64,000 nucleotides of DNA from Bacteroidales bacterium (GCA_017651185.1 JAGCDJ010000031.1:4631-68630); one strand, 5' to 3'; positions 16,901 to 26,201 are shown, numbered from the stretch's first letter. Notes: generated from the letters alone by a model not told the origin. Numbers and translations: made by a program.

Positions 16901-18576
16901 TCGTTATGCATGGCGGTTTGCAACCTTTCCAGTATATGTGGGGTTCCGATAACTACATATATCGAGGCCTATGTGCGGGAATGTACACTGTGACTGTAAT
17001 GGATGCTATAGGTTGTAACGTTAATACGTATTTCATTATCGAGCAGCCATCGCAGATGTATTCAAATACAATGACATCTCCTGCTTCGTGCGGTGATACC
17101 GATGACGGAACTGCCTTGATTAACGTGCAGGGTGGTGTGCCTCCATATTCGTACTTGTGGCCCGATGGTCAGACTACACATAACATAAATGGTGTGCCAG
17201 GTGAATATGTGGTGACAGTTACCGACGACCACAACTGCCGCATCGAAAGCAGTATAACAATAGATGGACCTACACCTATATATATATTACCAATGAACAA
17301 CCAGACCATCTGCAACGGACAGACAACCTCGATAACGACTCAAGCAGCAGGTGGAACACCGTTCTATACATATATCTGGGCAAGTCAGGACTCGGTAGTG
17401 TCGTATTCTAACATATTGACGGTAACACCTACTGAAAATTCAACTTATACCTTGACAGTAACCGATGCCGCTGGTTGTTCAGTTGTTTCGCAACCAGTTA
17501 CAATAACCTTGAATCCGCCTTTGAACATTAGAGCTGTGACAACGAGTTACGACACGATATGTCCAGGTACTGGTGCTTTGATAACTGTAGATGCCGAGGG
17601 TGGAAATGGCGGACCGTACTCGCTTACAATCGACAGTGGCGAAATCGTGCCGTCACCATTTACCATAAACCTTGACACAACTACTATGGTTCACATAACA
17701 TTGTCAGATATGTGTGGAACTACGCCTGTTGAGGATTCGATACTTATAACAGTAAGACCTAAACCCGATACATTGTTCACGGCTTCGGAGATTGTTGGAT
17801 GCGAACCGTTGGCTGTAAGGTTTACGCCGTTCTATACAGCCGACCAGACGTTGTGGGAGTTCGGTGACTACATGTTCTCCGATGCTATTTCGCCAGTACA
17901 TGTATTCAAGGAAGATGGAGTATATAGTGTTTCTCTCGAACTTGTCGATAATTTCGGTTGTCACTTCTACAAGACATACGACAATATGATTACTGTATAT
18001 CCGAAACCAAAGGCATTGTTCGAGTCGGATCCTTTGATTACTGGTATGCTTGATTCCGAGATTGAATTTATGAACTATTCTATTGGAGCAGAGCGCTACT
18101 ACTGGTTCTTCGGTGATAACGATAGTTCATTGTTCGAGAACCCGCGTCACAAGTACAGAAGAATAGGTGAGTTCGAGGTTATGCTTGTGGCAGAATCGGA
18201 TAACTATTGCCGCGATACCGCTATTCACAACATCATTATACAGAATGAATTCGCATTCTATGCTCCGACATCGTTCACGCCCAATGGCGATGGTGTAAAC
18301 GATTGCTTCAGGGTTTGTGGAAATGGTATCACAAGGAACAACTTTATGCTTGCCATTTACGACAGATGGGGTGCGCTAGTTTACAATAGCAGTACGTATG
18401 ACCCGGACGCAACGTGTGAATCGTGCGGTGATGGTTCGTGGGACGGAACCGATATGGGTAACAAGATCCAAGGCGACGCCCTGTGTCCTCCTGGACTTTA
18501 CCAGTGGTTCTGCTCGTTCGAGGATTGGAATGGTGTTATACACAATAGACAGGGAACGATAACGTTGATAAGATAA
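13912..18576 (+). CDS. Giant T9SS type-B cargo adhesin, a paralog of 9000-13268 with an extra N-terminal CUB-like domain
   Basis: Start set at MKTSSIKIILGMLLCLFAAGSFAQ. CUB-like block at 14029-14337. The rest is collinear with adhesin 1 (P-domain HSYIGDLEVWITCPSGNRMDLFNG, SprB-type repeats, PKD, and FTPNGDGVNDCFRVCG...YDRWGALVY...WDGTD C-terminus). Confidence 0.85.
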   Translation: MKTSSIKIILGMLLCLFAAGSFAQQIITMNSSQTVNMTGCSATLYDSGGPSGNYANSENYTVTVCVPSGYPMELSVTMNTESTSFDYLYIYEGSNSNGTVIANRIGGSSFTNTYSINSSCATFVWHSDGSVTYSGFAIEISCGMECQDFTLVPDITARWNADEERYEACSNDDLGIAAHGIFPNNDAPQGYHQSNENLIWTWSWVDVNGRHEYGGEGANSLDADIEPGAYYINLQATDINGCTYIYPESFLVVISLPPTFPGTTVTPVICPGEVALLDGHVQQPDVWVMQIPEAIIEEHCFEDVTNYTQTMCFEHNAFAPGQTIQSASDIESICMEIEHSYIGDLEVWITCPSGNRMDLFNGYSSGNCSWEFLGEPVDEGNDACVQGVPYHYCWTQNAAQTIEATAANPPEYTYTNTVGYTYTNHPYIPAGDYRPIGNWTSLVGCPVNGEWCINIQDHLGSDDGTVFSVELHFADHMIPAGDNVIQYQTEFDETPTSQDLTWEGDAIFQELVASTTATPEIPGTHEYIFYATDNFGCTYDTTLTVVVRDYDDASCCIRPTPYAGVDARVCTDRYMLSATPLPAGNEGTWTVVAAPAGGNATFAAEHSPATNVFVDAWGTYKFRWTEAYLGDYDNCSTYDDVIVEFYPQPTNAFTYLPISCYGDATTITYLGNMNSVGTVGNNASYVWDFDGAVIESGSGAGPYTLHWENPEAATHHVTLHIEANGCISEDTVVNIFTPSKLVGDITTVDNNCYRDCRGSATLTATGGTLPYSYSWSAPSNVIMNLCVGDYHVTLTDANGCQLPFDYTINEPPELVVSDMFTNSTDLSCYRSYDGAITIRVSGGTGSLSYMWSDIGYASRLRRNLSAGEYTVTVTDEHDCSLSRSFIVNQPEPLVVSSDGNSALCEGTASFVQSSAIGGTMPYEFHWITSNGTTVGNTANFETTLHETTTYSVYVTDAHNCQSNTETFTITVSPEIVIDSMILVHNKCYGSCDGSAEIVMHGGLQPFQYMWGSDNYIYRGLCAGMYTVTVMDAIGCNVNTYFIIEQPSQMYSNTMTSPASCGDTDDGTALINVQGGVPPYSYLWPDGQTTHNINGVPGEYVVTVTDDHNCRIESSITIDGPTPIYILPMNNQTICNGQTTSITTQAAGGTPFYTYIWASQDSVVSYSNILTVTPTENSTYTLTVTDAAGCSVVSQPVTITLNPPLNIRAVTTSYDTICPGTGALITVDAEGGNGGPYSLTIDSGEIVPSPFTINLDTTTMVHITLSDMCGTTPVEDSILITVRPKPDTLFTASEIVGCEPLAVRFTPFYTADQTLWEFGDYMFSDAISPVHVFKEDGVYSVSLELVDNFGCHFYKTYDNMITVYPKPKALFESDPLITGMLDSEIEFMNYSIGAERYYWFFGDNDSSLFENPRHKYRRIGEFEVMLVAESDNYCRDTAIHNIIIQNEFAFYAPTSFTPNGDGVNDCFRVCGNGITRNNFMLAIYDRWGALVYNSSTYDPDATCESCGDGSWDGTDMGNKIQGDALCPPGLYQWFCSFEDWNGVIHNRQGTITLIR

Positions 18577-18583
18577 ATCAAAA

Positions 18584-18608
18584 ATCCGCCAGTTGGCGGA
18601 TTTTTTTT
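18584..18608 (+). terminator. Rho-independent terminator of adhesin 2
   Basis: ATCCGCC-AGTT-GGCGGAT followed by T8, starting 8 nt after the stop codon. Confidence 0.8.
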
Positions 18609-19124
18609 GATTGTATCTGTCTGTAAATCCCCACGTGGAAAGAACCGAATGCATAACCAAGCAGACACGGTACTTTTGCAATGCCAAGTTGATGACCCGT
18701 TCTAATTATAAATGCATAAGTATGTTGCTTGTGAGTTTGCGAAGCAAGTAACATAGTGTTGCAAGCAACATTACGATTTCACAATGTTCCTCATTATGTA
18801 TTGCAGCAGCGTTTGTTTTCCAGATGATAGCTAGGAGTCTAAAATAAAAACTATCGTATGAATTTTTTTAGGAGACAACCTCACAATCCTTCTCAAACGA
18901 ATGGCAGAACATAGGCATCAATTAATTCAGAAATGGCAATATCACAATTAGAAAATCTTTCTAAAAAATATTAAGGTTACCTATTATTAATATGTAGAAC
19001 TTATTCTCCGATTCCATAGCGGAAATCGGATTGAATGCTTTGGATCCAAATAAAATGGATAGAACCAGACTTTGGGCAAACAAAGTCATCCACAAAATAT
19101 TTCTATTAAGAATCACGATATTAG

Positions 19125-19155
19125 CAAAAAAGTCCGCCAGAAATTCTAGCGGACT
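19125..19155 (-). terminator. Rho-independent terminator of the 19179-21722 gene
   Basis: On the minus strand: AGTCCGC-11 nt loop-GCGGACT followed by T6. Confidence 0.75.
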
Positions 19156-19178
19156 TTACTATGAAAACTTATGATTTA

Positions 19179-21722
19179 TTAATCCTTGATTATTTTGCGT
19201 ACTCCGATAAGTTTTGTTTCACCATAAATCTTTACCAAATATAAACCATTTGCCAGATTCTTGATGTTGCAATTATATTCGTTGCTGTTGATTTCAACAT
19301 GCGAAACAACTTGTCCAGTTGCCGTAACAAATTCAATAGCAGAAATATTTTCGCTTGAACTTATATTGAGCATATCGCTTGCTGGATTCGGGAAAATAGA
19401 GATGTCTGCTGAATAAACTTCTTTGAGGTTGACATCAAAGATAAATGTTGCGATATAAGTTGCATCTTCGGTAACTGTTATTTCGCGTTCACTATCTTCG
19501 TTTCCGTCGTTCCAAGAAAAGAATGCATATCCATCATTAGGTCTGGCAGTAATTGTTATAACTGATCCTTCCTCGAAAGTGCCGCCGCCAGTTACAGTTC
19601 CGAATTCCTCGTTGTTGCTTACTACGGTGATTGTATGCATCGGAATCAATTCGAAAGTTGCAATGAACATAGCGTCTTCTGTCACAGTTATCTGTCTGGG
19701 ATTGTCGTTGTTATTGTCTTGCCACGAAACAAACCTGTAACCTTCTGCAGGATTTGCCTCAATTGATATGACAGTATTTTCGTAGTAGGTTCCGCCACCA
19801 GTTACAGTTCCGTAGTCTGCAATGTTACTTACGGCAGTAATCGTGTATGTAGGAATTGGTTCAAATGTGGCGGTGTATGTTGCATCTCCTGCTACAGTTA
19901 TGTTGTGAGGGTTATCGGTGCTTTCGTCGCTCCACGAAACAAACCTGTAACCTTCGTTTGGCGTAGCCAATAATGGCACGATGCTTCCGTCATCATATCT
20001 TCCGCTACCCGATGTCGTTCCATATTCATCGTTGTTGCTGAGGACTGTAATTACGGAACCTTGCATACAGTTGTATAGTCTAATCATGAGAACGCCGTTG
20101 GTTCCGCTGATATAATACCATCTATTTCCAGCTTTTGCTTTATTTTCTTGACAAGCCGGCTGAACGCTTTCGTCAACGCCGACAGTTACCTTTTTGCCGT
20201 TTTCCACTACAACTGCGACGAGTAGTTCCTGACTGCCACTGAGACTTCCAAATGACAGGGGTTCTTCGGTGAACAACTTTATAAAACCGGGTGTAAATGT
20301 TGATGCGTCAACAGTATAGGTGGTAGTTGTAAGTACGCTTGTGTATGCTGTGTCGTTGGAAACAGTGAAAATTTCGTAGTGGAATTGGGCACCATTGTCG
20401 GCAGCAGCGATGTAGGCCTCGGCTGAATTTATAACATCTGCAGAACTATATATCTGATAGTTTGTGCCAAATGCCGTGAAATTGTTCCATTGTGGATTGT
20501 TAGAGACATAACCGGAACCTTCGGCATAATTCCCGTTATCCCTTGAATACAAGCAGTTGTCTGAAACTACTGTTGTATATTCGATAGTTGTAGTCCTGTT
20601 GTTTTCGTTGCTGTAAGTTCCAGAGTAAGGTACGACGGAAAGTTCATATGTGTAAGTTCCATCCACAGTCATTAGGTTCATTGCAAAAATCGATGCACTT
20701 ATGATAGAAAACGAACCTTCAGTTCCCGATGGAGTGTAATACACAATCGTATCAACTCCTGACTTGTATATTCCGTTTGTGAATGAAGCGGCAGGAACAG
20801 TTGTCTGTGCGAAAGTGTAGGAAAAAATTTGCTGGTTATTTGGATTGAAAACTTTTGCCACCAAGTTAACATTTGCAGATTGCGAACCATAGTTTTTTAC
20901 AACTCCCTCGAAATTTATCTTTGATTCGGATGTTATTTCACGGCGTGGAAAGTAACTGAAAAATCCGTTGTATCCGTAGTTGACATACGATGAATTGTAG
21001 TTTACCCTTGCGTCTGCAAGTTCGTAGTCTACACCGGCATACGACTTGACCATAACATTGTCGAGATAGAACATAGAAGCATCGTAGCCGACATATTGGA
21101 ATGCAATGCGAACGCTTCTGCCTGCGAATGCTGACAAATTAACATAAATTGTTGTCCATCTCATCTGCGGGAAACCTGCAGCACCGCCAACGGCTGCCGA
21201 AAATTCATCGTCGTTCCATACCGTAGTCCAGTTCTGACCGTCTTCTGATACCTTAACATTGAAATCGGCACAATCGACATTGTTGAATGTGCCCCAGTCG
21301 GCAACAAACCATCCAGGATTAGAATAGTAGTCGAAAGTAAGTACAGGCATTTCCGACGGAATATTGACGGTGGGAGATATTAACCATTCATCTTGATTCC
21401 TAGCAACATGGTCAGAATTTGCATATTCAACTGCTGCATAACTGTATTCTCCCTCGCAATATTGTGGAGTGGTTGTGCTCCTATGCCAATGCTGAAGATT
21501 TTCACTTTCCGCACCTTGAATGGTATCCCATCCTGTTGGAGGAAATACACTTTCTGAAAAATCCTGAAATAGGACGGCGGCAGCCCTTGTAGTTTGGACA
21601 GTCCGCGTATTTGCAGGAACAATGGAGCAATGCTTGTCCGAACTATAGTCGCACAGTATTGACTGCGCAAACGATACAGAAGCAAACATTATAACAATAC
21701 ATAACAAGTAAAGTTTTTTCAT
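19179..21722 (-). CDS. T9SS type-A cargo protein with three Listeria-Bacteroides (InlB B-type) repeats
   Basis: Signal peptide MKKLYLLCIVIMFASVSFAQ. The N-terminal F..FSESVFPPTGW region resembles the choice-of-anchor-J type. Three 70-aa repeats (..YGT.TGGG.Y..G......A.P..GY.F.SW.D...DNP..ITV..DA...A.F). C-terminus IFPNPASDMLNI...GLYLVKIYG. Start set at 21722 because a -7 box at 21751-21758 lies inside the longer ORF. Confidence 0.85.
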   Translation of the reverse strand: MKKLYLLCIVIMFASVSFAQSILCDYSSDKHCSIVPANTRTVQTTRAAAVLFQDFSESVFPPTGWDTIQGAESENLQHWHRSTTTPQYCEGEYSYAAVEYANSDHVARNQDEWLISPTVNIPSEMPVLTFDYYSNPGWFVADWGTFNNVDCADFNVKVSEDGQNWTTVWNDDEFSAAVGGAAGFPQMRWTTIYVNLSAFAGRSVRIAFQYVGYDASMFYLDNVMVKSYAGVDYELADARVNYNSSYVNYGYNGFFSYFPRREITSESKINFEGVVKNYGSQSANVNLVAKVFNPNNQQIFSYTFAQTTVPAASFTNGIYKSGVDTIVYYTPSGTEGSFSIISASIFAMNLMTVDGTYTYELSVVPYSGTYSNENNRTTTIEYTTVVSDNCLYSRDNGNYAEGSGYVSNNPQWNNFTAFGTNYQIYSSADVINSAEAYIAAADNGAQFHYEIFTVSNDTAYTSVLTTTTYTVDASTFTPGFIKLFTEEPLSFGSLSGSQELLVAVVVENGKKVTVGVDESVQPACQENKAKAGNRWYYISGTNGVLMIRLYNCMQGSVITVLSNNDEYGTTSGSGRYDDGSIVPLLATPNEGYRFVSWSDESTDNPHNITVAGDATYTATFEPIPTYTITAVSNIADYGTVTGGGTYYENTVISIEANPAEGYRFVSWQDNNNDNPRQITVTEDAMFIATFELIPMHTITVVSNNEEFGTVTGGGTFEEGSVITITARPNDGYAFFSWNDGNEDSEREITVTEDATYIATFIFDVNLKEVYSADISIFPNPASDMLNISSSENISAIEFVTATGQVVSHVEINSNEYNCNIKNLANGLYLVKIYGETKLIGVRKIIKD
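19431..20060 (-). repeat. Three in-frame 210-bp tandem repeats encoding the Listeria-Bacteroides repeat modules
   Basis: Module boundaries at 19431-19640, 19641-19850 and 19851-20060. The shared string CCACGAAACAAACCTGTAACCTTC occurs at a 210-nt spacing. Confidence 0.75.
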
Positions 21723-21750
21723 ACCCAATGATTTTTTATAGTTTACCTCG

Positions 21751-21758
21751 CAAAGATA
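21751..21758 (-). promoter_or_regulatory. -7 promoter box (TATCTTTG) for 19179-21722
   Basis: Exact TAnnTTTG on the minus strand, 28 nt upstream of ATG 21722. Confidence 0.5.
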
Positions 21759-21850
21759 AAAAAGTTTTTTAAATCGTTGCAAACAAATTACATACAATTT
21801 TTAAAGAGTATATGACTTTTAATTTCCAGGCGTACAAAAAACCTAAGCAA

Positions 21851-22294
21851 TCATTGAATCTTCTTGTACTGTCTTATCTTGTAGTACTTTTTCCGTATGC
21901 AGTATTCGTATACGAGCCATATCGCAAGAAAGGCATTGGTTGAAATCTCGTAGACCATATCCCATGGTTGTGGAAATGTTACGAAGAATCCTGCAATCCA
22001 TAGTACGAGGTCGATTGTAAAAAGTATGTCCCATATCCGTTCTCGGCTTTTGAACGATACGACATTTTCAACGCCTTGGTTTATTTCGACTATGCAGGTG
22101 GAGTACATAAAGGGAACAATGCTTTGTATCATGATGTTGTATGTCCCTTCGGGAATCATTATGGTGGCATTTTTCTGTTGCATTATGCCAACAAATCGTC
22201 CGTTTATGAAAATTCGGTTCGGTAGTTTTGCCATAAGTTCCGAACATTCCTTGGTTATTGTCAGCCGTTGATATGCAATCTGAGTTTCATCCAT
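21851..22294 (-). CDS. Hypothetical small membrane protein
   Basis: 147-aa ORF with a soluble N-terminal half and then two hydrophobic helices (ILFTIDLVLWIAGFFVTF, ISTNAFLAIWLVYEY). No domain recognised. Confidence 0.5.
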   Translation of the reverse strand: MDETQIAYQRLTITKECSELMAKLPNRIFINGRFVGIMQQKNATIMIPEGTYNIMIQSIVPFMYSTCIVEINQGVENVVSFKSRERIWDILFTIDLVLWIAGFFVTFPQPWDMVYEISTNAFLAIWLVYEYCIRKKYYKIRQYKKIQ

Positions 22295-22377
22295 ACCGCA
22301 AAACTATCAATTTTTTTGCATACCATGAACAGTATGTATATATCTAAAATCGTAAGTCTAGAATCGTAAATAATATT

Positions 22378-22385
22378 TATTTTTG
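22378..22385 (+). promoter_or_regulatory. -7 promoter box (TATTTTTG) for ribF
   Basis: Exact TAnnTTTG, 14 nt upstream of the TTG start at 22400. Confidence 0.45.
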
Positions 22386-22399
22386 CAAAAAATTTCGGC

Positions 22400-23320
22400 T
22401 TGAAAATATTTCGAGAAATATCACCTGAAATTCCCAGAGCATGTGTGGCGACTGTCGGCGTGTTCGATGGCGTGCATTCTGGGCACCAATATATAATAAG
22501 TCAGATGCAGTCGCTTGCTGACAGTGCAGGAGTCGAAGAACTGGTAATTACCATGGAACCGCATCCGGCGGAGTATTTCGGCAGGAAAATAAACCTGTTG
22601 TCGACAATGGACGAGAAACTTGCGCTGTTCGAGAAAATCGGTGTGCGAAACTTGCTTGTGCTGAACTTCAATTCAGAAATTGCAGGTCTTTCGGGAACAC
22701 GCTTCATCGACGAAATACTAGTTTCGCAGTTGGCGGTGTCAAGGTTGCTGCTTGGTTACAACAATTCGATAGGTCACAAGGAGAATGGAGTGTCGGAAAT
22801 ATTTTCGGGAAAAATTCCGGTTTCTCGTCTCGACAGGTATCATATTGATTATTCCGACGACATAAGTTCATCGTCTATACGCAATTTGCTTGTAGAGGGC
22901 GATGTGCTGACTGCCAACAGGTATCTGGGTTACAAGTATTGCATTTCGGGAAAAGTAGTGCATGGACGCGGCGTCGGTCGCACAATGGGATTTCCGACTG
23001 CTAATATCGAACTTTCCGATGGACGCAAGGTTGTGCCGGGTAATGGCGTTTATGTTGCGGTGGCGTCTGTTGGCGGAAAGAACTACGAGGCTATGCTGAA
23101 CATCGGCTTCTGTCCGACCTTTGGCGGCGAAACCAGAACCATTGAGTTGCATTTGCCAGAATTTTCAGGCAACCTGTACGACGAAGAAGTGAAGGTTCGT
23201 TTTTGTGAAAGAATCAGGGGCGAACGTAAGTTCGATAATGTAGAAGCACTTGTTGCTCAACTCAAAAACGACCGTGCTGTGGTTGATGAGTATTTTCGGA
23301 AAAATCCCTTATCTTTGTAA
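22400..23320 (+). CDS. ribF: Bifunctional riboflavin kinase / FMN adenylyltransferase
   Basis: VATVGVFDGVHSGHQ nucleotidyltransferase motif near the N-terminus and GRGVGRTMGFPTANI kinase motif. A TTG start is needed to include the conserved N-terminus. Confidence 0.9.
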   Translation: MKIFREISPEIPRACVATVGVFDGVHSGHQYIISQMQSLADSAGVEELVITMEPHPAEYFGRKINLLSTMDEKLALFEKIGVRNLLVLNFNSEIAGLSGTRFIDEILVSQLAVSRLLLGYNNSIGHKENGVSEIFSGKIPVSRLDRYHIDYSDDISSSSIRNLLVEGDVLTANRYLGYKYCISGKVVHGRGVGRTMGFPTANIELSDGRKVVPGNGVYVAVASVGGKNYEAMLNIGFCPTFGGETRTIELHLPEFSGNLYDEEVKVRFCERIRGERKFDNVEALVAQLKNDRAVVDEYFRKNPLSL

Positions 23321-23334
23321 AATTACATTTGTTG

Positions 23335-24822
23335 ATGAAGAAGTTGCACATATATATATTGCGGGCGTTTATCGGACCATGGCTGATAACGTTTTTGCTT
23401 TGTGTGTTCATACTTCTGATGCAGTTCCTGTGGCGTTACATCGACGACCTTGTAGGAAAGGGACTTGACTTTTCCATCATCTTGGAACTGATGTTTTATG
23501 CATCGTTTTCGCTTGTGCCACTGGCCTTGCCGTTGTCGGGACTTCTGGCATCGATCATGGCGATGGGAAAGTTTGGCGAGACTAACGAACTTTTTGCGAT
23601 GAAGTCGGGAGGAGTATCGCTCTATAGGATAATGTCGCCGCTTATAGTATTCAATTTGATAATAAGTATATGCGCCTTTTTCTTTTCTAACAATTTGATG
23701 CCATATACAAACTTGAAAATGAGGTCGTTACTGTTTGGAATTCAGCAGCAGCGTCCCGAAGTGATAATACAGAACGGAATATTTGTCGAACCGGTGGACG
23801 ATATTTGTATCAAGGTTGACCAGAAAACACGCAACAACGACTTGAACGGAATACTAATCTACGACCACCGTGGTGCGTCAACACCTAACAATGTTACTAT
23901 GGCATCGTCTGGCAATATCCTTATAACCGAGGACAATTCCATGATGATTCTTGAACTGCACGACGGTACGCGTCACGAGGATGTCAAGGGCAATAAGTAC
24001 CAGCATCAGAATTCCAAGTTTGAGCGCCAGATTACATATCTGGAACTTGATGCGACAGGAATCGACAAGAACAACGAGGAGTTTTTCAAGGGGGGCTACG
24101 AAATGCTAAGCAACCAGCAGTTGAAGTATACTATGGACTCGTTGAATGAGGCATTGTGTAACAGGGAGGAGGAAATTTGCGGCAACTTCAAGAGGTTCCA
24201 GATATACAAGGGAATTACAGATGTGCATGGAGTCGTCAATGGTGTTTATTCGTATTCTAAGGCGCCGCCGTTGAGAATAACGGCAGTGGACGAGCATGTT
24301 GCCGATAAAATCAAGATGGACACAATTCTTGCGATGATGGACAAGGTGCAGAAGGAACAGTTGTACGAGTTCGCTGTGAATTATTCGAGGTCGGCAAACA
24401 CCTATTTAAATATAGTTTCCGATGAAGTAGACGGTACCCGTCGCTGGATTGTGCGCCACGAGATTGAGTGGTATCGCAAGTATTCGCTGTCGTTGGCATG
24501 CCTGTTGTTCTGTATTATCGGAATACCATTGGGTTCCATAATCAGGAAGGGTGGATTCGGATTGTCGATGGTAGTGTCGGTTCTGATATTCCTAATATAT
24601 TATATAGTTTCCACAACTTTTGAAAGCACAGTTAAGGAACTTGTAACTCCTACTTATTTCGGAATGTGGATTAGTACATTAATCCTCTTGCCTATAGGCA
24701 TATATTTGGTTGTTTCGGTCGCCAACGACAACCTGAGGATAAATCCTCGTGTATTGAATAAGATTTTGAATGTCCTAAAGTTAAGGCGTAAGAAGAATAG
24801 TGGCGACGGCGATGATGAATAG
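23335..24822 (+). CDS. LptF/LptG (YjgP/YjgQ) family permease
   Basis: N-terminus MKKLHIYILRAFIGPWLITFLLCVFILLMQF, three N-terminal and three C-terminal transmembrane helices around a large soluble loop. This architecture is typical of the family. Confidence 0.8.
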   Translation: MKKLHIYILRAFIGPWLITFLLCVFILLMQFLWRYIDDLVGKGLDFSIILELMFYASFSLVPLALPLSGLLASIMAMGKFGETNELFAMKSGGVSLYRIMSPLIVFNLIISICAFFFSNNLMPYTNLKMRSLLFGIQQQRPEVIIQNGIFVEPVDDICIKVDQKTRNNDLNGILIYDHRGASTPNNVTMASSGNILITEDNSMMILELHDGTRHEDVKGNKYQHQNSKFERQITYLELDATGIDKNNEEFFKGGYEMLSNQQLKYTMDSLNEALCNREEEICGNFKRFQIYKGITDVHGVVNGVYSYSKAPPLRITAVDEHVADKIKMDTILAMMDKVQKEQLYEFAVNYSRSANTYLNIVSDEVDGTRRWIVRHEIEWYRKYSLSLACLLFCIIGIPLGSIIRKGGFGLSMVVSVLIFLIYYIVSTTFESTVKELVTPTYFGMWISTLILLPIGIYLVVSVANDNLRINPRVLNKILNVLKLRRKKNSGDGDDE

Positions 24823-24882
24823 CCCAAAAATCCGATGATAAAGTTTTTGTTTTTTTAAGGATTGCAAACGGATTTTTTAATG

Positions 24883-24890
24883 TAAATTTG
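24883..24890 (+). promoter_or_regulatory. -7 promoter box (TAAATTTG) for ribBA
   Basis: Exact TAnnTTTG, 52 nt upstream of ATG 24943. Confidence 0.45.
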
Positions 24891-24942
24891 CGGTCTTAAA
24901 AATGGGGAGGTTTTGTGCTTCCCCAATATAAAGGAAAACGAA

Positions 24943-26154
24943 ATGATTGAAGATATTAAGCGTCATTTGAATACTGTTGAAGAAGCCATTGAGGATTTCA
25001 GAAATGGCAAGATAGTCATCGTAGTTGACGACGAGGACAGGGAGAACGAGGGTGATTTCATAGTTGCCGCCGAGAAGATAACTCCCGAAATAGTGAATTT
25101 CATGTTGCATAACGGACGTGGTGTGTTGTGTGCGCCCATTACCGAGGAGCGATGCGAGGAGTTGGAACTTGCGCATCAGGTGTCGAACAATACTTCGATG
25201 CTTGGAACGCCGTTTACGGTTACCGTCGACAAGTTGGAAGGTTGCACTACTGGTGTTTCGGCACACGACCGTGCTGCTACAATCCGCGCATTGGCAGACC
25301 CGAAATCCAAGCCCGAAACTTTTGGACGTCCGGGACATATAAATCCGCTTTACGCAAAGAGCAAGGGCGTACTTCGTCGTGCAGGACACACTGAGGCATC
25401 CATTGATTTGGCTCGTCTGGCAGGACTTTATCCGGCAGCAGCATTAATAGAAATTATGAATGAGGACGGAACTATGGCACGTCTGCCTCAACTTTTCGAG
25501 GTGGCCGACAAGTACGGTCTAAAGATTATATGCATTGCCGACATCATAAAGTATCGTCTGCAGACCGAAAGTCTTGTGGATATGGGCGACAGGGTATTTC
25601 TGCCAACCGAATACGGCAATTTCGATGTGATTCCGTTCCGCCAGCATTGCAACGGACTTGAGCACGTCGCTCTTATAAAGGGAACATGGGAATCCGATGA
25701 ACCAGTGCTTGTCCGCGTGCATTCGAGCTGTGCAACTGGCGATATCTTTGGTTCAAAGAAATGCGACTGCGGCACTCAGCTTCACGAATCTATGAAGATG
25801 ATTGAAAAGGAAGGCAAGGGCGTTTTGCTATACCTCAATCAGGAAGGCCGCGGTATTGGACTAATGAACAAGATAGCCGCCTACAAGTTGCAGGAGCAGG
25901 GCTACGATACTGTTGAGGCAAACCTGCACCTTGGTTTCAAGGACGACGAGCGCGACTATGGCGTTGGCGCACAGATATTAAGACATATTGGCGTTACCAA
26001 AATGCGTCTCATAACCAACAATCCGCGCAAGATGGCTGGAATCAAGGGCTATGGACTTGAAGTTGTGGAAACCGTGCCTATCAAGGTGGAACCCAACGAG
26101 TACAACAAATTCTACCTTGAAACCAAGGCCAAGAAGATGCATCATAAGTTGTAA
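24943..26154 (+). CDS. ribBA: Bifunctional 3,4-dihydroxy-2-butanone-4-phosphate synthase / GTP cyclohydrolase II
   Basis: [12 protein letters not shown] and HTEAS motifs (RibB half). [21 protein letters not shown] and [27 protein letters not shown] motifs (RibA half). Confidence 0.93.
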   Translation: MIEDIKRHLNTVEEAIEDFRNGKIVIVVDDEDRENEGDFIVAAEKITPEIVNFMLHNGRGVLCAPITEERCEELELAHQVSNNTSMLGTPFTVTVDKLEGCTTGVSAHDRAATIRALADPKSKPETFGRPGHINPLYAKSKGVLRRAGHTEASIDLARLAGLYPAAALIEIMNEDGTMARLPQLFEVADKYGLKIICIADIIKYRLQTESLVDMGDRVFLPTEYGNFDVIPFRQHCNGLEHVALIKGTWESDEPVLVRVHSSCATGDIFGSKKCDCGTQLHESMKMIEKEGKGVLLYLNQEGRGIGLMNKIAAYKLQEQGYDTVEANLHLGFKDDERDYGVGAQILRHIGVTKMRLITNNPRKMAGIKGYGLEVVETVPIKVEPNEYNKFYLETKAKKMHHKL

Positions 26155-26193
26155 GTTTTTTTGAAAAAAACTATTCTTGTTTTTCGGAAAAGA

Positions 26194-26201
26194 TATATTT
26201 G
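26194..26201 (+). promoter_or_regulatory. -7 promoter box (TATATTTG) for lipoprotein gene 1
   Basis: Exact TAnnTTTG, 41 nt upstream of ATG 26243. Confidence 0.45.

Noticed and set aside
24823-24942. An FMN riboswitch might lie upstream of ribBA, and likewise upstream of ribF at 22295-22399.
   Set aside because: The leader after the -7 box is only about 50 nt for ribBA and about 14 nt for ribF. Neither shows the conserved multi-stem FMN aptamer core sequences, so there is no room for an aptamer of about 140 nt.
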